A stretch of 64,000 nt of DNA from Candidatus Poriferihabitaceae bacterium (GTDB taxonomy: Bacteria; Pseudomonadota; Gammaproteobacteria; Arenicellales; Poriferihabitantaceae). The stretch is taken from contig CBDBQH010000003.1 of assembly GCA_965208975.1 (NCBI GenBank), positions 1,604,792 through 1,668,791 on the forward strand, given 5' to 3'. The notes below the pieces were generated by a model. The model did not search any database. It saw only the letters and a list, made by a program, of their open reading frames with translations, and was not told the DNA's origin. Below are positions 21,482 to 30,331 of this stretch, in pieces. Both the position numbers and the translations under genes were made by a program. How positions within the stretch are numbered: the stretch's first letter is position 1; the number at the start of each line of letters is the position of its first letter.

Positions 21482-22594
21482 TTACGGGTTTTGCGCGTCG
21501 TCCCCGTCGCTGGCGATCAGTACGGTCTCATCCGGGTGTAGCCCCAGCGTAATTTCACAACCCCGAGCGGGCGCTGCCGACAGGGTCTGCTGTTGACTGA
21601 TACTGCGTACCGTTATTTTTGTGCCGTCGTCCAGCGTTACCCAGGTGATGAAGCTTTCACCCTGATAGACTGTTTCGTCCACCCTGCCGTTGAAACAATT
21701 ATAGCGGGCGCTGCCGGAGTTGGTCTTGGGGTTCAATAGGATCAATCGTTCGGGCCGGAGCATTAACAGATCGCCTTTTGCCATTTCAGGATCGGTGATT
21801 GCCAATGGCGTTCCGTTGTAACAGACCTTCCCATCCCTGCGTTCAACCGGAACCAGAGTGGATTCGCCGATAAAATTGGCGACGAATGAGTTGGCCGGTT
21901 GATCATAAATCCTCCGTGGTTCATCGAGTTGAATCAGTTTCCCGTAATTGATCACCGCCACCCGGTCTGACATGGTCAATGCTTCACGTTGGTCATGAGT
22001 CACGTAAACGGTCGTCATGCCGAGCTTTTCATGCAAATGTCTCAATTCGATCTGCATGCGCTCACGCAATTTCTTGTCGAGCGCTGACAGCGGTTCGTCC
22101 ATCAACAAAATCTGCGGTTCGAACACGATCGCCCGGGCCAGCGCCACGCGCTGTTTCTGCCCCCCGGACAGCTGGGTGATTTGGCGGTCTCCGTAACCGT
22201 CCAGTTGCACGGTAGCCAACGCATCCTCCACCCGTTGTGCGATCCGGTTTTTAGCGAACCCGCGCAGCTTTAATGGAAAGCCGATGTTGTCCGCCACGTT
22301 CATGTGGGGAAATAACGCATAGTTCTGAAAAACCATGCCCACTTCACGCAGATGGGGCGGCATTCGGATGATTTCCTGAGCGCCGAACTTCAGGCTGCCG
22401 TAATCCGGACGGGTGAAGCCGGCCAGGACCATCAATAACGTGGTTTTTCCCGACCCTGAAGGGCCCAGCAGGGTCAGGAATTCACCGCTTCGGACATCCA
22501 GATCGACATTGTCCAGGGCAAAAACATGACCGTAGGTTTTGGTTACGGAGCGTATATGGATCGGCAATGCCCTGGCGGACCCGGTATCAGTCAT
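21482..22594 (-). CDS. ABC transporter ATP-binding protein (PotA-like, with a C-terminal TOBE-type domain)
   Basis: GPSGSGKTT, LSGGQKQRVALARA and LLMDEP motifs are present. Confidence 0.9.
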   Translation of the reverse strand: MTDTGSARALPIHIRSVTKTYGHVFALDNVDLDVRSGEFLTLLGPSGSGKTTLLMVLAGFTRPDYGSLKFGAQEIIRMPPHLREVGMVFQNYALFPHMNVADNIGFPLKLRGFAKNRIAQRVEDALATVQLDGYGDRQITQLSGGQKQRVALARAIVFEPQILLMDEPLSALDKKLRERMQIELRHLHEKLGMTTVYVTHDQREALTMSDRVAVINYGKLIQLDEPRRIYDQPANSFVANFIGESTLVPVERRDGKVCYNGTPLAITDPEMAKGDLLMLRPERLILLNPKTNSGSARYNCFNGRVDETVYQGESFITWVTLDDGTKITVRSISQQQTLSAAPARGCEITLGLHPDETVLIASDGDDAQNP

Positions 22595-22606
22595 CCGCCT
22601 TGCCGC

Positions 22607-23665
22607 TTATTCAGTCATCATATCGACATACATCTCGGAGCCGATTTTCTCCCATTTCGCATACCACTCCTGATTGATCGGGAGCAGGTTGGAGGCGTTA
22701 TCCGGGTGGGAAGGCAGCATAAGGGCCAGCGACTCATCTATCTTGCCGGTTTCATACGCTTTGGAGTTGGTGGGTCCGTAAGTGATGTATTGTGGAATGT
22801 TGGCCTGATATTCCGCTTCGCTCATTTTGGCGATCACCTTCATGGCCAGGTCCTGGTTGGGCGCCCCCTTGGGAATACCGAAGCAATCGTAATCCTGCAG
22901 GGCCTGGTTATAGCTGTACGCAGCTTTCGCGCCATCGGCGATGGCCACGTCAAACCGACCATTCCAGCCGGTGGTCATGTCCACTTCACCGTCTTTCATC
23001 AACTGCGCGTGTTGAGCGCCCGACCCCCACCATACTGCGATATGGGGCTTCAATTCACGAATTTTATCCAGCGCCCGCTTGATTCCCTCTTCGCTGTCCA
23101 GAACAGAATAAACCTCATCCATCGGCACCCCGTCCGCCATCAGCGCCGGTTCCAGCATGCCGTGCATTTTGCCGCGCACCGCGCGGGCGCCCGGGAATTT
23201 TTCGACATCCCAGAAATCTGCCCAGCTTTGTGGTCCGTCCATCCCGTAGGTATCGGTATTCCAGGCTGCCACAGTGGCAAACACGATGGTTCCCACACAA
23301 CAGGACAAGGTGGTATCCGCCACGAAATTGGAAACGTCTATCATGTCGTAGTCCAGCGGGACCAGAATGCCTTCCTCACACCCGCGCGCGCCTCCGCCTG
23401 AACCCGTATCAATGATATCCCAGGGGACAGCGCCGGCCGCGACCTTGGTGCGCACCTGGCCGATGCCCTTGTAGGATTCTTCGTTAATGGTAATACCCAT
23501 CGCTTCGGCTACGGGTATGAACAGCGCCTTGCTCTGGGCATCCTGATAGGAGCCTCCCCATGAAGCGACGGTCACTTCATCCGCGCTCGCGGTGATTGTC
23601 ATCGGAACCGACAGGCTCAGTACCATACCCGCTGTCAACGCGGCCTGATTAAACTTGAAATTCAT
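22607..23665 (-). CDS. Periplasmic substrate-binding protein (polyamine/PotD-PotF-like, family 1)
   Basis: The signal peptide MNFKFNQAALTAGMVLSLSVPMTITASA follows a GGAGGA RBS. It is the first gene of the four-gene ABC operon. Confidence 0.75.
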   Translation of the reverse strand: MNFKFNQAALTAGMVLSLSVPMTITASADEVTVASWGGSYQDAQSKALFIPVAEAMGITINEESYKGIGQVRTKVAAGAVPWDIIDTGSGGGARGCEEGILVPLDYDMIDVSNFVADTTLSCCVGTIVFATVAAWNTDTYGMDGPQSWADFWDVEKFPGARAVRGKMHGMLEPALMADGVPMDEVYSVLDSEEGIKRALDKIRELKPHIAVWWGSGAQHAQLMKDGEVDMTTGWNGRFDVAIADGAKAAYSYNQALQDYDCFGIPKGAPNQDLAMKVIAKMSEAEYQANIPQYITYGPTNSKAYETGKIDESLALMLPSHPDNASNLLPINQEWYAKWEKIGSEMYVDMMTE

Positions 23666-23903
23666 GAAATGTTTCCTCCAAAGTTGGTGATTATTGATTA
23701 TCGAACCAGGTGATCCGGTATTCTGGTTCATCTGTTCATCCTATACCAATTGCAGGCATATTGCCAACGGCGACACCGGACACGGCGACACCGGACGCTC
23801 ATTCAACTGTTCGTGGAACTGCCTGGTCGGCAACCCCTGTCTTTAGTCCTGTCCGGTCCGTCCTGTTGCAGGCGCACACATTCCGGTTGTTCCCATCATT
23901 CTT

Positions 23904-24671
23904 TCAATCAAAACCGTATTTGTACTTTACTTCGGAATCCGAATTCACCTGGGCGTGGAATGACACGATAATCCGCTCCTCTTCACCGTTGTAGGGAAAG
24001 GCCGTATGTTTGAGGTATGAGGGAAATATGATCAGGCTGCCGTCCTCAGGGTAGCTGGTCCAGGTGTTGTCCTGAAGATAGTAGTTGCCCCAATCGCCGT
24101 GCCCTGCGGCGCTTTCTTCCAGGTGGGGGCCATAAAACCGGGTTACGCCGTTCAACATTCCATTGGGCAGGCGGTCGTCGTTCGACTGACTGGCTGAGCC
24201 GGCCTGGACATAATATACGCCGGACCACGAGCAATTGCCATGGACATGAGTTTCATGGAAGGTGAATCCGTTGCTGATCTGGAACCACATGCCAGTCACA
24301 TCAACCCTCAGCGTTTTCAGCGCAAATTGTTTCCAGTATTTTTCGTTGAGGTTTCTGGAAATTTGATAAACCCCGTCGGTAATGAATGACTTGAGAACAT
24401 CCAGCGCCTGGTTATCAATATTGTTTGCGAAATGATCCGGGCTGATGAAACCGGACTCCGGGGTAGCCGAGCTTTCTTGCGAATTTTCCTGTCTGTACTG
24501 GTGGAAAAGTCTTTTCAACTCAGCATTGATTGCCTGATGATTTTCCAGTCTGCTCCTGGAAATAGTGGCGGGCCAAAGCTCGATGAACGGGTTTTGATCG
24601 TGACTGGACAATTTTGAGTGACTGGCGTTAATAGTATTTCCGGGAACCGGGTCGTGAGAGAATGATACCAT
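23904..24671 (-). CDS. Putative 2OG-Fe(II) oxygenase-like protein (TIGR02466-type)
   Basis: FHETHVHGNCSWSGVYYVQAG ... IIFPSYLKHTAFPY resembles the TIGR02466/2OG-FeII_Oxy_5 pattern. This is from memory and was not searched. Confidence 0.5.
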   Translation of the reverse strand: MVSFSHDPVPGNTINASHSKLSSHDQNPFIELWPATISRSRLENHQAINAELKRLFHQYRQENSQESSATPESGFISPDHFANNIDNQALDVLKSFITDGVYQISRNLNEKYWKQFALKTLRVDVTGMWFQISNGFTFHETHVHGNCSWSGVYYVQAGSASQSNDDRLPNGMLNGVTRFYGPHLEESAAGHGDWGNYYLQDNTWTSYPEDGSLIIFPSYLKHTAFPYNGEEERIIVSFHAQVNSDSEVKYKYGFD

Positions 24672-24752
24672 ATAGAGCAGAGTCGTGAACCAGACTCCGC
24701 CAGAAATAAACCAGGGCGCGCTAACACAATTTGATTAAAGGTACATTGACAA

Positions 24753-25160
24753 TCAGGACATCGGAAAGGACACCGTGAAATGCTCCACCCTGTACAGGTC
24801 ACGGTTAGGCGTATGCGCGACCTCTTCGGCTGGCATAGAATCTACAATGGCATCCAGTTTTTCATCACAGTCATGATCCTTAACCTCTATATATAACAAC
24901 TCATCGAGAGTAAAACGCTCAGCAAAACTAATCTCGCGGTCACCATCAATTTTAATATTTCGATACGTGAAGCCGGTATCCGTACAGCCTGGAAGGCCAA
25001 AAATCCATTTAAGCTGATTTTCTTCCGAACTCCGTGGGGTCAAAGCCGGTTTTGCGGCGCCGAAATCCTTGTTACTGCGTATGACCTTTCCCATCGTAAA
25101 TGGCCGGGCGGGCATCAGCCCGGAAATGGCGGTTCGGCTATCCATCGCCTTCAATACCTC
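24753..25160 (-). pseudogene. Fragment of an EcoRII-like restriction endonuclease (internal piece of the N-terminal half)
   Basis: PRSSEENQLKWIFGLPGCTDTGFTYRNIKIDGDREISFAERFTLDELLYIE aligns with AKGSTEENQLTWLFGLSVQELGAPFTYQDIENGDDQQVGFATRFILEELGIE of the 26053..27282 enzyme. There is no matching N- or C-terminal domain, and the apparent TTG start lies inside the 101-bp repeat. Confidence 0.6.
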
Positions 25161-25261
25161 AGCAGAAAGCTGGATCAATCAACAAGGCCAATATGACTTA
25201 GGCAGGTAGGTCATCGCCGACTCTCCCGGTGCACCGCCTCCACCAGCGTTTGCACGCGCTC
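25161..25261. repeat. Left direct repeat: a duplicate of the last 17 hemE codons plus 50 bp downstream
   Basis: agcagaaagctggatcaatcaacaaggccaatatgacttaggcaggtaggtcatcgccgactctcccggtgcacc...ccaccagcgtttgcacgcgctc matches 30378..30478. Confidence 0.9.
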
Positions 25262-26053
25262 CGGGTAATTATTGCTGTCCCGTTTTTCAATTGCTTTGAG
25301 CGCATCCTCAGGCAGGGTTGCATAGACCTCTTCGACATGCTTGGGTTCAGACATCGTTTTCTCAGCGATCAGGTTCAGAAGTTTGAACAAAGTCTCGGCA
25401 GTCGCTCTATCATCACGAAGGTCGACCTGGCCGGGGTGGACCGCGTTATTACCGATTACACGGACTGCATCAAGAGCCATCTGAGCACGTTGATCAAGTC
25501 CATCTTTAACCAATTCACCTATATCATCGTTGAGGGTCTTCCCCGATTTACCAAGTTCCTTGCAAAGCTTTTGAATGGCCAACCGGATCAAGGCAGCCGA
25601 ACCTCTCGGCGACAAGTCAAGGATGCTGCTGGCTTCGTCATAGTCTCGACGGATGTCATCAGGCAGGTCAGGATTTGCAGGCGGCGCCTCACCGCGCTGT
25701 GGCCAAATCAGCTTGTCATGGGTCCAGATCGAAATATCTTTGCAGTTGAAACATTCCGAAACAAATGTGTTGTGAAGCAAAAAATTCGCATAATACTCAC
25801 CCTTGCGTTCTCCGAAAAACGGGCGACCATTAGCCATCTTTTCAACCCATTGAAAGAGTTTTTCTCGATCCTCGGCATCCTCAATATGTTCGAAATTGAC
25901 TTCTCCTCGGTTCTCTGGACTAATGACAATAGGAAGCCGTTTTTTTTCTGATGTTGGAAGAGCGCACAAGAGCCACCAACGCTGCATTGCCAACGCGCCA
26001 CAGTGTGGACAGTTGAAAGCAGTTTCTTTAACTGAAGGAGAAACATATTTCAT
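25211..26053 (-). CDS. Zn-ribbon + DUF4145 domain protein; the last 17 aa are encoded by the duplicated hemE end
   Basis: CPHCG...CFNC cysteine pairs, then SPRGSAALIRLAIQKLCKELG...DAVRVIGNNAVHPG, the DUF4145 signature from memory. Its start overlaps the endonuclease stop (TAATG). The C-terminus [17 protein letters not shown] compares with hem[18 protein letters not shown]. Confidence 0.75.
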   Translation of the reverse strand: MKYVSPSVKETAFNCPHCGALAMQRWWLLCALPTSEKKRLPIVISPENRGEVNFEHIEDAEDREKLFQWVEKMANGRPFFGERKGEYYANFLLHNTFVSECFNCKDISIWTHDKLIWPQRGEAPPANPDLPDDIRRDYDEASSILDLSPRGSAALIRLAIQKLCKELGKSGKTLNDDIGELVKDGLDQRAQMALDAVRVIGNNAVHPGQVDLRDDRATAETLFKLLNLIAEKTMSEPKHVEEVYATLPEDALKAIEKRDSNNYPERVQTLVEAVHRESRR

Positions 26054-27282
26054 TATTTATTACTCTTCTGTTGCTTTCGTATCTGTCCAATGAATTCATG
26101 AATGTCCATCAACCACGCTCGCTGGGCAACCGAGCAGGTGCAGTGCAGCTCTCTAGGCAAGACTAACTGCAGCCTGTTGGCCTGCATTTCATTTGTCTGA
26201 TTTTCACTGATACCGGGTTCAAGGGTCAGAAGATGCTTGTCCGGTATCCTTGCCGCTTCCGAGAGAACCTGGCGCCACCTGTCCTTGCAAGTCGACTTGA
26301 CACCCAGCATGGAAAGGCCGGTTGCCGGGAACTTTTTGTCATGGTATTCCCCTGCACCGGGAAACAGAAAGTCAGGTTTGGCTTTGTGTTCGGTGACAGC
26401 CTGCCGGTCATATTTCAGTGCAAAGACACGAAATATTTCTGCAAGGTGATGTTCCAGTGCATGTCCGGCACGGGATTTCCTCCTGTTCTGGACACGGAGT
26501 GAATACTTGACAAATCCATCAACGTCCACGACCTTTCCAACCAGAAATCCTGCCCGCAGACGGCCGGACACGACACGGCGCTCCATGTGGCGAAACAATT
26601 TTTTCTCTTGATCAATCCAGGCAAGCAGAGCCGCATCCGGGTCATCCTGCGGATTGATTTCAGGAAGTGCTTTTCGGGCTTCTTCCGAAAATTTCTCAGT
26701 TTTTGGAAAGGCATCCCCAAAGGGTTCCAGAATTCTATCCAGCCGGTCAGTTTCCGGTTCCTCAGTCTCTATACCCAGTTCCTCAAGAATGAATCGTGTA
26801 GCAAAACCCACCTGCTGATCATCACCATTTTCAATATCCTGGTACGTAAAGGGGGCGCCCAACTCCTGAACAGATAGACCAAAAAGCCATGTAAGCTGAT
26901 TTTCTTCCGTACTTCCCTTGGCTACCACAATAATCATGAACTCACCTGCAGGCCTCCTGGCGATAATGAGCAGGTCTCCTGCACTGGCACACTCCATCAC
27001 AAGATTGCTCCTGAAATACAACCTGTGCTCACTGCGGGTGGGATGTAATTCACGCGCGTCATACCATGTGATATGAGTATCTTCGGAAAAACCCTCATTT
27101 TCTCCACCAAACCACACAAACCGGGTCGGCTGGTTTACCAGCCTTTCCGGACCCAGCAGCCTCTTCATCGGCATGACTCCATTGAACTCGTGCTGGTTTG
27201 AGCTTTCGGGATGGGCTTCCACAGCACTCAGTCGTTTTGCGACCACACCGACAAAATATTCAGACAAAAACCCTTTTTTCAT
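26053..27282 (-). CDS. Type II restriction endonuclease, EcoRII-like
   Basis: The N-terminus YFVGVVAKRLSAVEA...NQHEFNG resembles the EcoRII effector domain. The C-terminal half RRKSRAGHALEHHLAEIF...KPDFLFPG...KSTCKDRWRQVLSEAARI..KHLLTLEPGIS resembles the EcoRII catalytic domain. Its neighbours are vsr and dcm. Confidence 0.7.
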   Translation of the reverse strand: MKKGFLSEYFVGVVAKRLSAVEAHPESSNQHEFNGVMPMKRLLGPERLVNQPTRFVWFGGENEGFSEDTHITWYDARELHPTRSEHRLYFRSNLVMECASAGDLLIIARRPAGEFMIIVVAKGSTEENQLTWLFGLSVQELGAPFTYQDIENGDDQQVGFATRFILEELGIETEEPETDRLDRILEPFGDAFPKTEKFSEEARKALPEINPQDDPDAALLAWIDQEKKLFRHMERRVVSGRLRAGFLVGKVVDVDGFVKYSLRVQNRRKSRAGHALEHHLAEIFRVFALKYDRQAVTEHKAKPDFLFPGAGEYHDKKFPATGLSMLGVKSTCKDRWRQVLSEAARIPDKHLLTLEPGISENQTNEMQANRLQLVLPRELHCTCSVAQRAWLMDIHEFIGQIRKQQKSNK

Positions 27283-27761
27283 TTCTCACTGCCCCTTGCG
27301 TTTTCTTCCCGCACACCTTCAACCGTGTGATCCCCACGTCCTGAACACAACCACTTTTCTGTCGAGCTTATTACCCTGTCCGGGCCGAGCCTGGTTTTCC
27401 CTTTCAAGGCACATTCGTGAATCACGGCAACACGCCAGCCTTCCTCTTTCAGGGCCTTTCGGGTTTCTTCATCCTTCTGCCGGTTGCGGGTGATTTTCCT
27501 GCACCAGAATTCCTGTCTGGTAGACGGCCATTTGAACAAATGACAATCATGACCATGCCAGAAGCAGCCATTGACAAAAATGATAGCCTTGTATTTCGGG
27601 AATGACATATCCGGTTTTCCGGGGAGCTTGCGATCATGCAGCCTATATCGGAACCCTTTAGCATGCAGAGCCTTGCGAATAAAAAGCTCTGGCTTCGTAT
27701 CCTTTGCACGGATACCAGCCATCATGCGCCTGCGGGTTTCCGAAGAGACAATATCAGGCAA
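27279..27761 (-). CDS. vsr: Very short patch repair endonuclease
   Basis: RRRMMAGIRAKDTKPELFIRKALHAKGFRYRLHDRKLPGKPDMSFPKYKAIIFVNGCFWHGHDC. It forms an ATGA overlap with the endonuclease start. Confidence 0.92.
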   Translation of the reverse strand: MPDIVSSETRRRMMAGIRAKDTKPELFIRKALHAKGFRYRLHDRKLPGKPDMSFPKYKAIIFVNGCFWHGHDCHLFKWPSTRQEFWCRKITRNRQKDEETRKALKEEGWRVAVIHECALKGKTRLGPDRVISSTEKWLCSGRGDHTVEGVREENARGSEK

Positions 27762-27767
27762 TGGCCG

Positions 27768-29078
27768 TCAGATTCCTCTTTCCTCTTCAAATACAAATTC
27801 CGGCACAAGTTCAACCTGTTTTTTATCTTTGCCCATTACGGTGTGAATATGGGGAAGCATGAACTGTGCGACCGCATCAACAACCGGAACGACAACTGCA
27901 TTGCCAAACTGCTTGTAGGCTTGTGTGTCGGAAACAGGAATCTCGAAATGTAGTTTTCCGGGACCATCGAAACCCATCAGGCGAGCGCATTCTCTCGGAG
28001 TCAGACGGCGCGGCCTGTTTCCATGCTGCCGAACCAGTATCTCCGATCCGTCCTTGTAGTAGCGGGCGGACAGTGTACGGGAAACATCATCCGGCCCAAC
28101 AAGTCCATAACCGAATCCGTTTCCTCTTGCCTTGTGTTTTGCGGCATAGTTTTCAAGATAGGTCCACAGGTTTTCCGAAAGCGTATATTTGGGGTTGACC
28201 GTGCCGGACGGTCCGTGTGTATAAGGTGGCTCTTCCAGTTCAGTGCCATCCTGTGGATGCAGAATTGTGCGCATCACCGGCCCATTTCCCGGATCAGGCA
28301 CGTCAAGCTGGCTGAAATCAAAACCGGTATCCCCACGAAAACCTGCAATAAAAATCCTCTCGCGGTTTTGCGGGACAACCCCCTTTGCATTGATCACGCG
28401 CCAGTCGATATAGTAACCGAGATCCTCCTCCAGGGTTTTTCGGATAATGCGGAATGTGTTCCCCCCGTCATGACTAACCAGGTTTTTCACGTTTTCCAGC
28501 AGAAAGGCAGGTGGTCGGTGATTGGCAATAATACGTGCTGTATCAAAAAACAGGGTGCCCTGTGCCTCACAGGAAAAACCGTGTTTTTTCCCCAGCGCAT
28601 TTTTCTTTGAAACACCGGCTATGGAAAATGGCTGACAGGGAAATCCTGCAACCAGCACATCATGCACAGGTATTTCCTCCTCTGCTATAGCGGTAATATC
28701 ACCTGCAACAGGGTGATCGCACGGAAAGTTCGCTTGATAAGTCTTCCGGCAGGCAATATTCCATTCACTGGTAAAAACACACTGCCCACCAATGGACTCG
28801 AACCCCATACGAAGGCCACCGATTCCGGCAAACAAGTCAATAAAGGTGAATGCGGGTTTTTCCGCAGGCCGATCCAGAATACACATCCTGGCCTGTCGCG
28901 ATAACCAGTCGGTAACAGCCTTTCTGGGAATTGTTTCCCCGGATTCCCAACGATAAATGGTTCTGACATTGTACCCCGTTCTTGAGGCAATCTCTTTCCT
29001 GGGCAAGCCCGATTTCTCAATAAGTCGGGATATTTCTGTCTGCATGGATACTGGCACTCTCATTTCTTTCTGGGTCAA
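27768..29078 (-). CDS. dcm: DNA (cytosine-5)-methyltransferase with an N-terminal HTH domain
   Basis: Motif I FIDLFAGIGGLRMGF, motif IV GFPCQPFS, motif VI ENV and QFGNAV are present. The N-terminal HTH is EISRLIEKSGLPRKEIASRTGYNVRTIYRWESG. Confidence 0.93.
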   Translation of the reverse strand: MTQKEMRVPVSMQTEISRLIEKSGLPRKEIASRTGYNVRTIYRWESGETIPRKAVTDWLSRQARMCILDRPAEKPAFTFIDLFAGIGGLRMGFESIGGQCVFTSEWNIACRKTYQANFPCDHPVAGDITAIAEEEIPVHDVLVAGFPCQPFSIAGVSKKNALGKKHGFSCEAQGTLFFDTARIIANHRPPAFLLENVKNLVSHDGGNTFRIIRKTLEEDLGYYIDWRVINAKGVVPQNRERIFIAGFRGDTGFDFSQLDVPDPGNGPVMRTILHPQDGTELEEPPYTHGPSGTVNPKYTLSENLWTYLENYAAKHKARGNGFGYGLVGPDDVSRTLSARYYKDGSEILVRQHGNRPRRLTPRECARLMGFDGPGKLHFEIPVSDTQAYKQFGNAVVVPVVDAVAQFMLPHIHTVMGKDKKQVELVPEFVFEEERGI

Positions 29079-29246
29079 TTTTTGACATTATGACATAACA
29101 AGATAGCCTTTTCAATTTTATTCTGGTGCCAGATGCCTACGAAGTGATTTTATTCTTCACGGGGTTGAATCTACGGAATCCGCACTCATATATTAGAAAG
29201 TCAATTTTGAATTGCCATTTACAGTCCAAATACAGGAGAATCTAAA

Positions 29247-29579
29247 ATGACCAGCAAGTTCGAACTATTCAAAGATACAAGGGGTGAATATCGATTTCGA
29301 CTCAAGGCAGGCAACGGCGAAATTATTCTAAAAAGCGAAGGGTATGGAAGCAAAGCGGGTGCGGAAAACGGAATCACCTCGGTTAAAACCAACTCACCCG
29401 ATGGTTCACGCTACGACCGCAAGGTATCGACTAATAACAAGTATTTCTTCAATCTCAAAGCTGCCAACAGTCAAGTGATCGGCACTTCAGAGATGTACGA
29501 AACCGCTGCCGGTCGGGACAATGGCATTGAAAGCGTGAAGACCAACGCTCCAATAGCTGTGATCAACGACCTGACGTAG
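29247..29579 (+). CDS. YegP-family (tandem DUF1508) protein
   Basis: There are two repeats of the F.LK..NGE.I..SE.Y....GAENGI.SVK pattern. A GGAG RBS is present. Confidence 0.8.
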   Translation: MTSKFELFKDTRGEYRFRLKAGNGEIILKSEGYGSKAGAENGITSVKTNSPDGSRYDRKVSTNNKYFFNLKAANSQVIGTSEMYETAAGRDNGIESVKTNAPIAVINDLT

Positions 29580-29645
29580 TTTGGCCACTGGAAACGGGGG
29601 TCTTGTTCACATAAAGATGAAACCGGAAATATAGGAGTTTGCTAC

Positions 29646-30110
29646 ATGCGTACTATCCTTGCAGTGTTCCTCGTGTTCGTTTGTACCCTGGAGTTACTGT
29701 TCGCCCAAACGAACGGTGGGACTGATGCTGTGAGCAACGGTGCCTCAAGCAACTCTGGGCAGCCTTGCTATTGGTCGCAACCGCTTGTATGGGTCGAAAT
29801 AGCTTACATCACTGTAGTGTTGGTAACAGGTTTTTTGTGTACTTTCTTTCGCAGTAATGGGAGTGAGCGTGCCAAGCTGAAGGGTATGAATCTGCCCGAA
29901 GGAACGATTCGCAGTATGTTGGCACTGATCATAGTAGGTTCTTTTGTGATTTTCCTCGTCTTGGGCTCGGAACTGAAAAACTTTGAAAGCGTTGTCACTG
30001 CCTTCGGAACTCTCGCCGGGGCTGTATTGGGGTTTTACTTTGCACATCGTGGTGCACAAACAGAAAAAATTGAACAACAGAGTAATCACTCTGACCCGCC
30101 AGCGAATTGA
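29646..30110 (+). CDS. Membrane protein, unknown function (signal peptide + about 3 TM)
   Basis: MRTILAVFLVFVCTLELLFAQ followed by hydrophobic segments. An AGGAG RBS is present. Confidence 0.55.
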   Translation: MRTILAVFLVFVCTLELLFAQTNGGTDAVSNGASSNSGQPCYWSQPLVWVEIAYITVVLVTGFLCTFFRSNGSERAKLKGMNLPEGTIRSMLALIIVGSFVIFLVLGSELKNFESVVTAFGTLAGAVLGFYFAHRGAQTEKIEQQSNHSDPPAN

Positions 30111-30331
30111 AGACTGTCAGCGCCAAAGCTGGTGATGTTATTGAACTGGAAATCAAACGCGTTGTGCGTCATGTTCGCGCAGATTGGAACAATGTCGCTT
30201 TATGGCAAGGAGCCGATGAAGAACCTATGTTACTGAAAGATGTACCAGACCACCCCTTGATGAACATGAGTGGGAATGCTAATGCACAACCCCCCCCACC
30301 CCGGCGAAATTATAAAAGAGCTTTGTCTTGA
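30107..30331 (+). other. Composite ORF: unknown N-terminal part running into the start of a frameshifted HigA-like gene
   Basis: It has a TTG start overlapping the previous stop. From the ATG at 30260 it reads [12 protein letters not shown] and then leaves the HigA frame at a C8 tract. Confidence 0.35.

Noticed and set aside
22526-23401. A 291-aa plus-strand ORF, antisense to the ABC substrate-binding protein
   Set aside because: It is the shadow of a well-supported gene, and its translation has no recognisable motifs. The same reasoning applies to 12664..13245, 13537..13980 and 14291..14767 (antisense to glmS/glmU), 17570..18142 and 18356..18790 (clpB), 40471..41082 and 40968..41615 (mrcA), 44028..44537 (kdsD), 55190..55867 (TPP enzyme) and 62065..62571 (yejE).
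25229-25951. A 240-aa plus-strand ORF inside the island
   Set aside because: It is antisense to the DUF4145 CDS, which has clear Zn-ribbon and DUF4145 motifs and translational coupling to the REase. This ORF has no motifs and no RBS.
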